Source: Camelus ferus (taxonomy: Eukaryota). Taken from it: 64,000 bases of DNA. The notes beneath the pieces are model-generated. The model ran no database searches, was not told the origin of the DNA, and saw only the letters and a program-made list of their open reading frames with translations. The position numbers and the translations under genes are program-made. Shown here one piece after another: positions 1 through 11,890 of the stretch; within the stretch, counting starts at the first letter, position 1, and the number at the start of each line of letters is the position of its first letter. The DNA lies in the NCBI RefSeq assembly GCF_009834535.1, contig NC_045696.1, positions 14,200,001 to 14,264,000 on the forward strand, given 5' to 3'.

Positions 1-140
1 AGTTTAAAAGCAAATTAATGTAAAATGAGTCTTCCCCCTGCCTGTGGATTATCCCACCCACCAAGGGCGGTTCCCTTGTTAATATTCACACAGAGGAAAC
101 CGATCCTCTGCCCCCAGCTGAACCTTCCATTCCCCATAGT

Positions 141-277
141 GTGTGCTGTTACAGCAGCTACTGCAGTGGCCTGGGCTGTGGCTGTGGCTGTGGCTGTGGC
201 TGTGGCTGTGGTGGGTAGCGATGTGGCTGCTGCCGCCATCTTGCTGTGGCAGATACTGGTCCTATGGGTTCTCCTAG
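141..277 (+). pseudogene. KRTAP20: KRTAP20-like high Gly/Tyr keratin-associated protein pseudogene
   Basis: Reads (GTG)CCYSSYCSGLGCGCGCGCGCGCGG*RCGCCR/SCCGRYWSYGFS*, matching KRTAP20 termini (MCYYSNYYGGL...GCCRPSCYGRYWSxGFY). Lesions: ATG>GTG, in-frame TAG at 216-218, 1-nt deletion at about 237. Paralog number cannot be assigned. Confidence 0.85.
174..209 (+). repeat. (GGCTGT)6 hexamer repeat inside the KRTAP relic
   Basis: Six perfect GGCTGT units encoding Gly-Cys. Confidence 0.95.
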
Positions 278-1470
278 TTCTTCTAGAGTCACTCAGCCAG
301 TAAACTCACTCCTGTGCCTCCCAATTATCCTTCCTGCATTCTCCTTGTAAGTAATTTTTTTCTCTTTCTAAACAGTGGAAATTTTTATCCTAGACTATTT
401 CAACTTCAGATTGAATACTACAAATTCAACATGCTTCAAGTTGATTGACCAAAGTTACATGTAATACCTCACAATTGATAAAAATATCTATGTTTGATAT
501 TGTATTCCTTCTTCCTTCATTGTAGCTTAGCAACATTGATGTGAACAAAATTTTAAAATTTATATTTCAGTAAACTCTCTTTCATTGCAAAGTGCTGTGC
601 ATTTAGATTCATTTCTTTCTGCCACTTATGTATGTTTGGGTGTGTATGTTTAATCTAAGGGCACATGGGGAAAAACAGGAATCTTTACAGATGTACAACC
701 ACACATCTTAACAGCCTGGATAGTAAAATAATAACGCTGTATAAAATGGTTTTACTTGTCAGATAAGAGGAAAACTCTGTTCCGCAGCAGTACAAAAAGC
801 AAGGCTCATACATTTTCTGTCCCTCATTCAACCTTCCGATGGCTCTAAAGAGTCTAGATGTGTGATTTATACAGAACACTCTGCTTGGCAAAACCTCCTT
901 CAGTTAAAAAGACTTAGATTAATGAATGAGATTACCTTTTAACACCTGCTAAAATTACTAATAACTCACAAGTAGACATAAAAAACAGATTGCTTGAAGC
1001 ATGCTCTGTACATGCTCCTCCACAGCTAAGCTTACCCAACTCTCACTGTGCTCATTTTTCCTCACCAACATATTTTGTTCCCCCCACCTGACTCCATGCC
1101 AAACAATTTTTTTAAGTAAAATGTTACATTTTACCTTAAAGAAAATCTTAAAGCAGAATCTTTCCTAACTAATGGTCTAGACTTTCCAGGAGTACAAATT
1201 TCTCTCCATTTTGCACAAAGCACCTCTGTTCTCAACTGAAAAGTGAGGAAGATTAAAAGTGGCCCCCTGCCTTATGCATGCCCTCTGTTACTGTCAGAAA
1301 ACATCTGTTTCAATCCCAGGGAAACTGTAAGACAAAGATGACCCCAGAGAATGAGGCAGAGTTGTATTTGGAGGAGACTCAATCCTAGAACTGAGATGTC
1401 AAAGAGATATCTCTATAGTACCCACAGCTGGGACAGTGGCATTTAACAGGATTGTGATACATAGGTCAGC

Positions 1471-1570
1471 TAGAGACAGAGATAGATAAATAGATGATGA
1501 TGATAATGATGATAGATAGATAGATAGATAGATAGACAGATAGATAGATAGATAACAGAGAGATGATAGA
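1471..1570. repeat. (GATA)n/(GAT)n compound microsatellite
   Basis: Visible tandem gatagataga and gatgat runs. Confidence 0.9.
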
Positions 1571-2309
1571 GAAATGCAGACGTAGTGAAATGTTTATAAT
1601 TGAGGAATCAGAGTAAAGAAGACATAGAAATTCTTTTTACTGGTCTTATAGTTTTCTATTTGAAATACTTCAACACAAATTATACCAAAGGTGTTCAAAG
1701 AAATGACAAAGACAAATGGCTGATCACCAATTCTGTCTAAACTGCTCATGTAAAATGCTTCTGTGTGACTCTGAGCCACTCCAATCATCAACATCTGATG
1801 TAGTTAAATTCCCATCCTTAAGGTTTTAATGATGTAGTGCCTACAAAAGCAGCACTGTTCTCATATATACGTACTGTTGGCAGTTTCCTGATGCCACTGT
1901 GCTTCTGTGTGATTGTAATGTGTTCCTCCCACATCATGGTCTTCTGATTGCTCCTCTGTAGTTCAAGGGAAAAAAGCAGAACATCTGCCATGCGTTCTGG
2001 TTGCTGAGTCAGTGACTCTGCCTGACAATCTTGTGCAAGGAAAGAGCCGTGGTTACCAACTCCTGCACACCAGCCTCAACATCCTGGATCGTGGCTTTCC
2101 TCCTGCAGCACTGATTCTTGTGCTTATAGGTCCAACTTTTCCTTACAAGTTAAAGCAACTTAATTTTTTTCAATGATTCTGATCTTCACTCCCTACACAA
2201 GGGACAATGGGAAAATGGAATTTCATCTGAAGAAATACTATTCAAGTAACAGAGACAAGAAGAAATAGGAAGTCCAACAAGTTGGGTAACAATTCAAGTA
2301 CTTATTAAA

Positions 2310-4540
2310 GAAAATCAACCTGTATTTTAAAACAGTCATGCAAAGAAGATTTCAGCTGAAATGGCTGTCTTGGTGAATGTTTTAAACCACTTAAGAATAA
2401 AATAAATACCAATTATACAATACTCTTCCATAGAATATGAAAAGAGCAATACTAATAAAATAAAAATCTTAACAAAGACATTATATTAAAAGGTCCATTT
2501 CTTGTGAACATAGCTATAAAAATCTGAAACAGTGTAGAATCAAAACGAAATCCCATAAGCTATATTCCGAAACTGCAAAATCCTAGATCATTTTAATATC
2601 TGAAAACTCAGTTTAATTCATCACATTAATACAAATAGAAAGAAAGTCATATGAACATCTTAATAGATTCAATATGCATTCATGAATTTTTAAAACTCTC
2701 TGTAAACTAAGACTAGAAAATCATTTCCTAAATTTGGTAAATGGCATCTACATAAAATCTACCACTAATTATCATACTTAAAGCTGACATACAGAATAAT
2801 TTCCACTTGAGGTTAGGAACAAGACATGGATAACTATTACCACAGTTTAATAAAAGTTTGTACCACTTCAATACAACTTTGTACCATAGGTCTTAGCCAC
2901 TGCAATACATGTAAATAAATAAGTACATAAATGTAGCAAAAATTGGATAGGAAAATGTAGTTCTGTCACTATCAACAAAAGACATAATTGTATACATGGA
3001 AAAGACAGTATTGAGTCAACAATAATCACACACCAATGGAAGAAAAGAAATTCTATAAACAGACAAACATATAGGGTCACCAGATTTATCCTACTAAGAT
3101 AATATTGCAGTGCAGAAAATGAAAGGATTGACTCACAAGAAATTAATCAAAATTGCAGTGAAGTGTCACCTCACACCAGTCAGAATGGCCATCATTAAAA
3201 AGTCCTCAAATGATAAATGCTGGAGAGGGTGAGGAGAAAAGGGAACCCTCTTACACTGTTGGTGGGAATGTAGTTTGGTGCAGCCACTATGGAAAACGCT
3301 ATGGAGATTTCTCCAAAGACTGAAAATAGAATTACCATATGATTTAGCAATCCCACTGCTGGGCAAATATCCAGAGGGAACATTTTCAAAAAGATACATG
3401 TACCCCAATGTTCAAAGCAGCACTATTTACAATAGCCAAGACATAGAAACAACCTAAATGCCCATTGACAAATGACTGGATAAAGAAGCTGTGGTATATT
3501 TACACAGTGGAATACTATTAAGCCATAAAAAATAGTAAAATAATGCTATTTGCAGCAACATGGATAGACCTGGAGAATGTCATTCTTGGTGAAGTAAGCC
3601 AGAAAAAGAAAGAAAAATACCATATGATATCACTTATATTGGAATTGAAAAATTAAAAAAAAAGACAAATGAACTTATTTATAAAACAGAAGCAGACTCA
3701 CAGATATAGAAAATAAACTTATGGTTACCAGAGTGGGTAGGGAGTGGTAAGGGATAAATTAGGAGTTTGAGATTTGCAGATACTAACTAATATATAGAAA
3801 GTAGATAAAAAACAAGTTTATACTATATAGCACAGGGAACTATATTCAATATCTTATAGCATCTTATGGTGAAAAAGAGTATGAAAATGAATATATGCAT
3901 GTTCCTATATGACTGAAGCATTATGCTGTACACCACAAATTGACACAACATTGTAAACTGACTATACTTCTATAAAAATATATTAAAAAAATTTTTAAAC
4001 AATGCCTTGATTAATTTCAAATAGGCAATAATTTCTTAAACAGGTAATAAAAGCACTAGCTAGAGAACATATTAATAAAGTAGACTTCACCAAAATTAAA
4101 GATTTCTATTTTTAAAAGTGAAAAACTACTGATAGGGAGAAGATATTTACAGTACATATATCTAAAAGAGGATTTGTACAAAAAATAAATTAAAATACCT
4201 ACAAATCACTAGAAACAGACACAAAACACAATTAAAAATTGGCAAAAACCTGAACAAGCATCTTAGGTAAGATGATAACAAAAGATGACCAACCTTATTA
4301 GAGCAAGAAAATTCAAATTATTACCACACTGCATACCCCTTAAAATAGCTAAAATTAAAGAAACTCAAAATACCAAATAATTTTGAGAATATGAAGCAAC
4401 TAGAATTCACACATATTGCCTCTGGGGATGGCATTTGGCACAACTCCTATGGAAACTGTTTGGCAGCATCTAAAAACGCTAAATACATATATAACCTAAA
4501 ACCCATCATCTCCACCCAACAGAAATGATGACTTCTGTCC
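2310..4540 (+). mobile_element. Old L1M ORF2 fragments, interrupted by a younger L1 3' end
   Basis: Degenerate L1 ORF2-like A-rich sequence at about 2310-3080 and 4000-4540. Confidence 0.6.
3163..3995 (+). mobile_element. Young 5'-truncated L1 (ORF2 end, 3'UTR, A tail)
   Basis: cacctcacaccagtcagaatggccatc...; ORF 3275-3457 matches the L1 ORF2 C-terminus ([26 protein letters not shown]); ends gacacaacattgtaaactgactatacttc plus an A-rich tail. Confidence 0.9.
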
Positions 4541-5270
4541 ACTTAAGTTATCTTGTCCCTTCCACACATACTCACAAACTCGTATATGTAAACTCTAAAT
4601 TCTTAGACTGCCTTTTGAGAAAATAAATTATTTTTAGAAAACAAACAAGCCAACAAATCAAAGCTTGGAGAAAGGACTATATGCTTTATGTCACACCAAG
4701 TAGCCAGGATACATCATTTCAAGTAAATAAATATATAAGCATGGGCAATAAAAATAAGGAGAAAAAAATTTCTAAAAGCATATGATTTTATTAAGGTCAT
4801 TCTGACATAAAAGCAAAATATGTTCGGTAAAGAGGGTCCTCACTATGTCTAGTAAATCAAAAATTCAGGAGGACCTCTAATGCTTTCTAATGCCTCCTAA
4901 ATCTCATTCAAGTCTCTCTCATTGGTGGCATTTCCTGCAGAATCTTATTTTGCAAGGAATCTTGGGAAATGTAGTCCCTGAGCTTCCAGACTAACTGTTC
5001 CTTGGGAGTGGAGGGAGAATGACAAACTGATCATCGACCTGAAACTAATCACATGCAGAATAATTGCTTTTCAAAACAGAATAAAAAATTCTTTCTATTC
5101 TTAATTAATGATTTAATTAAGGGACACTTGAAATAATGGCAAAATGATCTTATGTCAGAGGAACTGTCTTTACCTAGGGAAACAAAAGATGTAATAAATT
5201 TTTCTAGGGGACATTGTTCTAAATTCTGAAGTCAACGATGCCTGTAGTTTGCCCTACCCATCACTGACAG

Positions 5271-5280
5271 TATTTAAAAG
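5271..5280 (+). promoter_or_regulatory. TATA-like box of the KRTAP20-like relic
   Basis: TATTTAAAAGGCCC about 80 nt upstream of the start position, the usual KRTAP spacing. Confidence 0.6.
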
Positions 5281-5354
5281 GCCCTGGGAAAACGTTGACA
5301 TTTAAACCAAGAAGAATTCACATCCCCTCAAGTGAACCTGCCACTCGTAACACC

Positions 5355-5489
5355 GTGTGCTACTACAGCAACTATTATGGTGGCCTGGGTGGTGGTTATG
5401 GGGGCCTAGGTGCTGCCCGTGGCAGGTGTGGATGTGGCTGCTACAGTCCATCTTGCTATACCACATGCTAGACCTCTGGGTTCTATTGA
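5355..5489 (+). pseudogene. KRTAP20: KRTAP20-like pseudogene, nearly intact
   Basis: caccGTG start; reads (V)CYYSNYYGGLGGGYGGLGAARGRCGCGCYSPSCYTTC*TSGFY*. No frameshift; lesions are ATG>GTG and TAG at 5469-5471 where Trp is expected. Confidence 0.88.
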
Positions 5490-6477
5490 GAAGCTTGTAG
5501 AACCACTCAGCTTATTGGACTTGACCTGCTGGACCAGGATGACTTAGAAATTCTAATATACCTTTAATGCAGAGTAAACTTATCTTAGGCTACGAGGAAA
5601 AACATGTTTCAGATTGGACCTCTCTTTCTTGGTCAAAATCATCCGGAATACCTTCAAATTTTATATTTTTAAGAGATGCTTTCACTTTGATATTGCATTT
5701 CCATCATACCTTCTCATTAATTTTGATCTTGCAGAAGATTTTTGCTCCATCCATGTAAGTGGAGAACACCATTTGCTTTCAGCTGGCAGGACCAGCAATG
5801 CTGTTTAACTGCTCTGCCTCAGAATTATGCTAACTCTTCAAAACTCAGGTGCAATTTATTCTGCAGAGGCCTTGACTCTGCATTCCAGCACTTATCACAT
5901 TAGTCCATCAAGTTTATAATACGTTCGTGATTAGACCCAGTGAGCAGGAACTAGCAACTACCCCGAACATCTTGGTAAGACTTATGAGTGACAGAGGATG
6001 GGAAATAAGTCCTACAAAAATTTAAGGACCTGCCACCTTGGTGAAATTTTTAGAGGTCCAGTGATCTGGATGAAGGAGGCATCATTATATATGGCCCCTC
6101 CTATCAATAAGTTAAAAAACACAATATTTAGTGGCCTCTTTGTAATTTCATGGTAACATATTCCTTACCTGGATGTGCTTCCTATTATCCACTTGGAAAG
6201 TAATAAAATGGCTACAAGTTTTGAAAAAATTAAGACCAAAAGAAGCTCCAGAATGGTCACAGGCTGCTGCATACACTGCTCTGCTACTAAACTGTATAGA
6301 GCAGCAGATTCAGTGCTGTTTAAAGTGTCCATAAGGATGGTGTTAAGAGGTTTTCACAGGTCTGTAGAGGTGAATCATTACACAGGCTTTTAGGATTTTG
6401 GAGTAAATCTCTGCTATCCTCTGCAGATTTATATTATCTTTTTAAAGAAATAGCTTCTGACACATTACTGAGTTCTT

Positions 6478-6907
6478 TTTTCTTTTACATTGTTTTTTTT
6501 CCGGTTTTATTTAGATACAATTGACATATAACATTTTGTAAGTTTACGGTGCACAACATAATGACTTAACATACGTGTGTATATATATATATACATACGT
6601 ATATATATATTGCTAAATGATTACCACTAGGTAACATCCATCACTTCACATAATTACATTTTTTTCTTGTGATAGCAAGTAAATCTTTCTTTTAAGATCT
6701 ATCCTATCAACAACTTTTCAAATATACAATACAGCATAATTAACTAAGGTCACCATGTTGTACATTACATCCCCAGAACTTATTTATTTTATAACTGGAA
6801 GTTTGTACCTTTTGACCACCTTCACCCATTCCCTGTACCCCAGCCCCGCCATGTCTGGCAACCACCAATCAATTCTCTATTTCTACAAATTTGATTTTTT
6901 TTTTTAA
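6478..6907 (-). mobile_element. L1 (L1MA-like) 3' end inserted in ERVL
   Basis: T-rich tail on the left, L1 3'UTR motifs, TSD tgagttctt at 6469-6477 and 6908-6916. Confidence 0.85.
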
Positions 6908-7102
6908 TGAGTTCTTGTCCATGGGCCACCAAGCTACCATGTGACTTGAACTGCCCATTGTGAACAAGATATTGTTTGGCTTTTTGAGCCACAAATTTGA
7001 GTGTACACAGCAGCTCTTCCATCATCTGGTAAAAGTGGTGTATATGAGACTGGGTTTGAGGAAGACCAGAAAGCACAAATAAATTATAGAGGAAAGTAGC
7101 TC

Positions 7103-7230
7103 ACAGGGAAATAAATGTGACAATGAATATAGGTATGTTCATGTATAACTGAAAACTTGTGCTCTGCACTGGAATTTGACACAACATTGTAAAATGACTA
7201 ACTCAATAAAAAAAATTTTTTTAAAAATAA
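7103..7230 (+). mobile_element. Short young L1 3' tail
   Basis: gacacaacattgtaaaatgactaactcaataaaaaa; flanking gaaagtagct / gaaagtggct TSD; same family as the minus-strand copy at 11760-11890. Confidence 0.8.
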
Positions 7231-8233
7231 AGAAGAAAGTGGCTTGAATTTCATGGCTTCTACTCTTCTGTCTTCTCTTTCTCAAACTTCACTGATGAAT
7301 TTATGCTGATTTCCCAGTTGAAGGAAGGAAAAATTAGTCCTGGTTTACAGATGGTTCTGCCAATATGCTGATACTCGTAAAAGTGGGCAGCTGCAGTTAA
7401 TAGCTCAAATCACATCTGGCCCTAGAGAACAGTGGTGAAAGAAAATTCTCAATTGTTTTCAATCCTCCTGAGAAATGATAACATCCAAATTTAACCTGTC
7501 TTTCAAAACTTAAGACTATGTATATGTGTATGATACAAACAGAGCCAATATCCCTTAAGAAAAGATAAATATTCATGTATTCTATCAAATTTGAGCTTCA
7601 AAAGGTCTATCCTGGGTTCCTATGACCTTGCCGTCAAATAAGATTCTCAGTGCTCTTCCTGTATGTGAAGAAATGTGTACACTCTGGTGCAGGTACAGGA
7701 TAAGCAACTGGACAACTTTTTAAGGAGCAGAAAAAAAAAAAAAAGAAACTACACAAGCAACAAAGTGGCATTACTTTAAGAGAACACGGCAATACAAAAC
7801 CCACAGAGTAAAATGTGATTGGAGTAGGTGGTGGATCGTACAGAAAATATACTATTTGCTCCGAAGATTTATACAGATAACATCACAGCTGTGTTGATTA
7901 GCTTTTAAATCTGCATATGGGATGAAGGGTATTATTAGAATAATCGTTGGAGGAAGAAGGCATTTGCCGCCTCCACGTGATGTCATGCAGCTTGGTTACA
8001 AAGGTTAAATTCAGCAACAGAATGAGCAAGCTCAATGAATTCAGCATTTTTTTTTTTTTAAATTTAAAGCATACCAACTGTTCGGGAGGATCCCAACATA
8101 CCAAGAAAACAGTCTTCAATTTTAATGGGTATGTGGAGTCTCTTTTATCTAAAGAAATGAGATTAATGAGATTCCTAAATACAGGTTGGTCTAGATGAGG
8201 ATGTCACGTTTGCCACACCTACACTTTAGATTG

Positions 8234-8240
8234 TATAAAA
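8234..8240 (+). promoter_or_regulatory. Canonical TATA box of a KRTAP relic
   Basis: TATAAAAGGTCC about 84 nt upstream of the relic start. Confidence 0.65.
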
Positions 8241-8317
8241 GGTCCCTAGTTTTTAATGTTCTTACTCTCTAAAACTTACTCTTTTCTCTTAGGCTAAAAA
8301 CTTTAAATTCTGGCCCA

Positions 8318-8501
8318 GTCTGCTACTACTAAGGTAGGTACTTTGGAGGACTGGGCTAGGACTGCAGCTCTGGATATGGCTATGCCTGTTGCTTTGGTGC
8401 CTTTAGAACCTTGGGATGCGGCTACAGATGTGGCTGTAATAGGGCCTGACTGCTGACACCAATAATGTTACACTAGACACTTGTTCTGTGGCATCAACTG
8501 A
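8318..8501 (+). pseudogene. HGT-KRTAP pseudogene (KRTAP19/20-like)
   Basis: Reads (V)CYY*GRYFGGLG*DCSSGYGYACCFGAFRTLGCGYRCGCNR/DC*HQ*CYTRHLFCGIN*. No ATG, several stops, one frameshift. TATA upstream, AATAAA at 8637-8642. Confidence 0.8.
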
Positions 8502-8829
8502 GTAATATCTGCTGCTGAGTCCATTCTCTGGTGAGATGGAGATTCTGCTCTGCAGAATCTTTTCATTGCACACCTTGTACTCAATTTTAATTGTTAATAA
8601 TCCAATCCAAACCTAAGTGTTCAGAATAGATTATTAAATAAACAATACACCCACATCTGTGTCCTTTATTGACTGCATTTTTGTCTTTAATGTTTTTTTT
8701 GACAACGATATGCCAGGCAAATTACAATTTCAGTGTGCTTCATGAGCAGGAAGCTCTGGGTTTATTTTTCATTCCTCTGGCCTGGCCAATGTTATTAGTT
8801 ATTTCTCTTTTTTAAAATATATTACTTAT

Positions 8830-10080
8830 TTATTTGTTAAAAATATTTGTTGAGTAATTACTTCGTAAGTCCCTCTGTTAGGTCTTAGAATTACAAAGAT
8901 GTGTTAAGTTAGAAAGCAAATATGTAAATGAACATGACAGGTGATGTGACAGTCAAGTGCAAACACAGAGGAGAAGGCTCATGTCGGTATTAAAAAAAGA
9001 GAGAGATGCTAGAGCAAAAGGTGGGATCAAATATGTTCACACTGAAGTTACATTTAAATCAATTCTTGGCAGAGGAGAAATGAATTAGAGAGGCAAGGGA
9101 TACACGATGCAGGAGGACCAGAATATGCATAGGCAGAAGAAAAGTATTAGATAGCAGAGCTGTAAGTTGATGTCACTCTTAGAAAGCAAGCAGAGCAAAG
9201 CAAGTGGCTACAATGAGGCCCTGGGTAGTTAAGAGAAGCCTGAACATCAAGGTCATATATATCTTGCTATAGGTGCACTAGACACTGTTTTTAAAAGTTG
9301 CGATATTTTCCACAGAAATTTATGTTGTATAAAATCATTATGGCAACTAATTAAAAGGTAATCAGCCGAGGAGTATGACCAAGCAGCCAATGTGAGGTCT
9401 TCATGTAAGAAAGCAGTAACTAAAGTTTTATAGAAGGCCTAGATCAAACAGACATTTAAGAGATGGAACTTAAAGAACTTGCTTATGTGGTGTGGGGTGA
9501 AGGGTAATAAAGGATAAAAAGGGGCACACATGAGCTCCAGATTGGAGGTTCAGCAATTGATGGATCGCAGAGGTAATAGCAGATGTGATGTGGGACCCGG
9601 GAGCATTCGGGGGATGATCAGGGTGGAGATCGGAAAATTCATTTGAGTTCAGATAAATTTAAGAAAAGTTATTTAGTGGTAGTTCATTACAAAAATCTGA
9701 AACTCAAGAGGGAACTGAGTTTGAGATTTCGAAGTGATTGGATAAAGGTTGTATTAACTACACAAATACAGTACTCCAATATTCAGAAGTGAGCAGCAGA
9801 AAAAGACATTTCAGTGCAGGTAAGAAGCAGGCAAAGGTAAACGGTGACACTGAAGAGAGTTGTATCAGGGAAGACAAGGACGCTGACACTTCCTGGGAGG
9901 GAACCATCAACAACTGCCCTTTCATTCAAACATTTATTCTTTCACCGAGTATTTCTAATGACATAAATTTCGACACTAGACTAGATGCTGGCTGGCACGT
10001 GGTCAGTGAGGTGGGCATGTTCTCTGCCCTTGCAGAAGTTGCAATCAGAGGGGATGGCAGAACATGAAAAGACAATAATC
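8830..10080 (-). mobile_element. L2 fragments
   Basis: Purine-rich degenerate L2-like sequence; ttcattcaaacatttatt 3'-end motif at about 9921. Confidence 0.45.
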
Positions 10081-11759
10081 ATAAAATAACACGGGCTTCA
10101 GTGTTTGTTTAGAGAGACTCTTCAGCCCCCCGATGTTTGGGAAGGGACCTCAGACTCCACTGACATGATTACCAAAGAAATAGCCATTTTAAATGTGATT
10201 CCTGTATTCTAATCAAGATCGATGGGTCCAAATCAAGATGAATCTTGAACAAGATGAGCCAGAAGATCCCCAGGATTTGTGAGCAGGAACATATATTTTT
10301 CCCTACTTGATGAAGCTCTAAGGACTGACAGTTGGGAACTATTAGCAGCTGTGTTTTATTTGCTTTTTGTAAAGTGCCCAGTAACAGTTCATTACAAGGC
10401 ACCTACTTAACTAACCTGCCGAATAATCTCTTATATGTTCTGCTCAGGGACAATTCATGGAGAAGCTTTTTAAATTTTTCTAGGTCAGCCATCTCAGTAA
10501 TGATATTCCATCAAGTCAATGAGGCACACTATCCTAACAAAACCAGAGGAGTAAACCTGAAAATCATTATTTCCTAGATCTACACATTGACTTCAAATAC
10601 TGTTCTGTATTAATTCATTACTTGTTTATTTACCTCAAAAGTCTGACTTGGTTGGCTTTGCATGGAAGTTGGAACAAAAATGTCATAATTGAAATTTCAT
10701 GCAGAATCTATACGCCACAGAGAGTAATTGTGATAGGACGTTAACATTTTCTGACCGTTTGAAAATATAGCACCATCAAATCTTAGAAAGGGTATTTTCA
10801 CAAAAGTGGTGATAGTGATGACAGGTTGAAAAAGATCTGTGAAAGAAATTACAAAATACATGACAGCACACAGCAAAATTTCTGCCCTGATAGCTGAAGG
10901 TAATGGCAGAAGTTAGTTAGAACTTAAGTAGATTGAAAGGAAATGTAATAATGACCAGAAATTGAATTCTTTCCAGTCCTTTTTAACAGCCTTAAAATTC
11001 TAAATACTCATGGAATTAAGTCAAGTTTGCCTTTGAGAAGAGGGATTTTACTTCAGTTCCCTGTATGGACCAAAGGGCATCTCAAAAACCATCAGCAGAC
11101 CTGTAGCTCTATAAAGAACAATAGCCTATAACTTAGTTAAAACATTAAAGTATTTATATGTATATGGATCTATATCAATACATATCTATATATGAAGTAC
11201 ATATGTTCATATGTATGCATATATTAAAAGAGAAAGAAGAAAAGTAAGAGAAAAAGAAAGAAAGAAATATACTAGATACTTTAGCATATGGTTATCTGGC
11301 TGAGATTGGGGTAGGGAGCTGATGTGTAGTTTTGGGTGAATGAGTGGAGATGGAAGAGGGTAAGGGGTTAAACAAAAGGTAAAAAAATAAAGATAGAAAC
11401 TGTAGTGAAAAAATCCCCAATTGAAGAAAATATTATTTGTATGCTTATATCTATGTGTGTGACATGTAATAGGCACAGAGGTTATATCTGTTGACTATGT
11501 GTATCCATAATAAATGATAGTATAAAAAGCAAGTGCTCAATATGTGTAGCATGATTCCTTTTTGTTTGAAACCACAAACTTCAAACTCCCGTGTGTACAT
11601 AACCGTGGGCAGAAACAAAATTGCTTATGGCTGTGTGAGGGAAGAGAGAGTGATGGAAGGTCCCCAGAAGGGGATGATATGTATGGGCAGTAAGATGAGA
11701 GATAGTTAACTTGATCTTATATTTATTTGCATTGCTTCGCTTATTCTTTGGTTTGTTTG

Positions 11760-11890
11760 TTTTTTTGTTTTTTATTTTATTTTATTGAGTTAATAATCAG
11801 TTTACAATGTTGTGTCAATTTCCAGTGCAGAGCACAGTTTTTCAGTTATACATGAACATACATATATTCATTGTCGCATTCTTTTTCACC
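11760..11890 (-). mobile_element. Short young L1 3' tail
   Basis: Reverse complement of the 7103-7230 sequence with a poly-T tail. Confidence 0.8.

Larger units (their letters stand above)
5893..7450 (+). mobile_element. ERVL internal (pol RT/RNase H) fragment with two nested L1 tails
   Basis: Translates ITLVHQVYNTFVIRPSEQELATTPNILVRLMSDRGWEISPTKI*GPATLVKFLEVQ*SG (ERVL RT region with degenerate YIDD); WFTDGS RNase H motif at about 7341. Confidence 0.85.

Noticed and set aside
15..303. ORFs 25..303 (+, poly-AV) and 15..239 (-, poly-TA) as proteins
   Set aside because: Off-frame and antisense readings of the (GGCTGT)n KRTAP relic; the + ATG lies upstream of the expected transcription start
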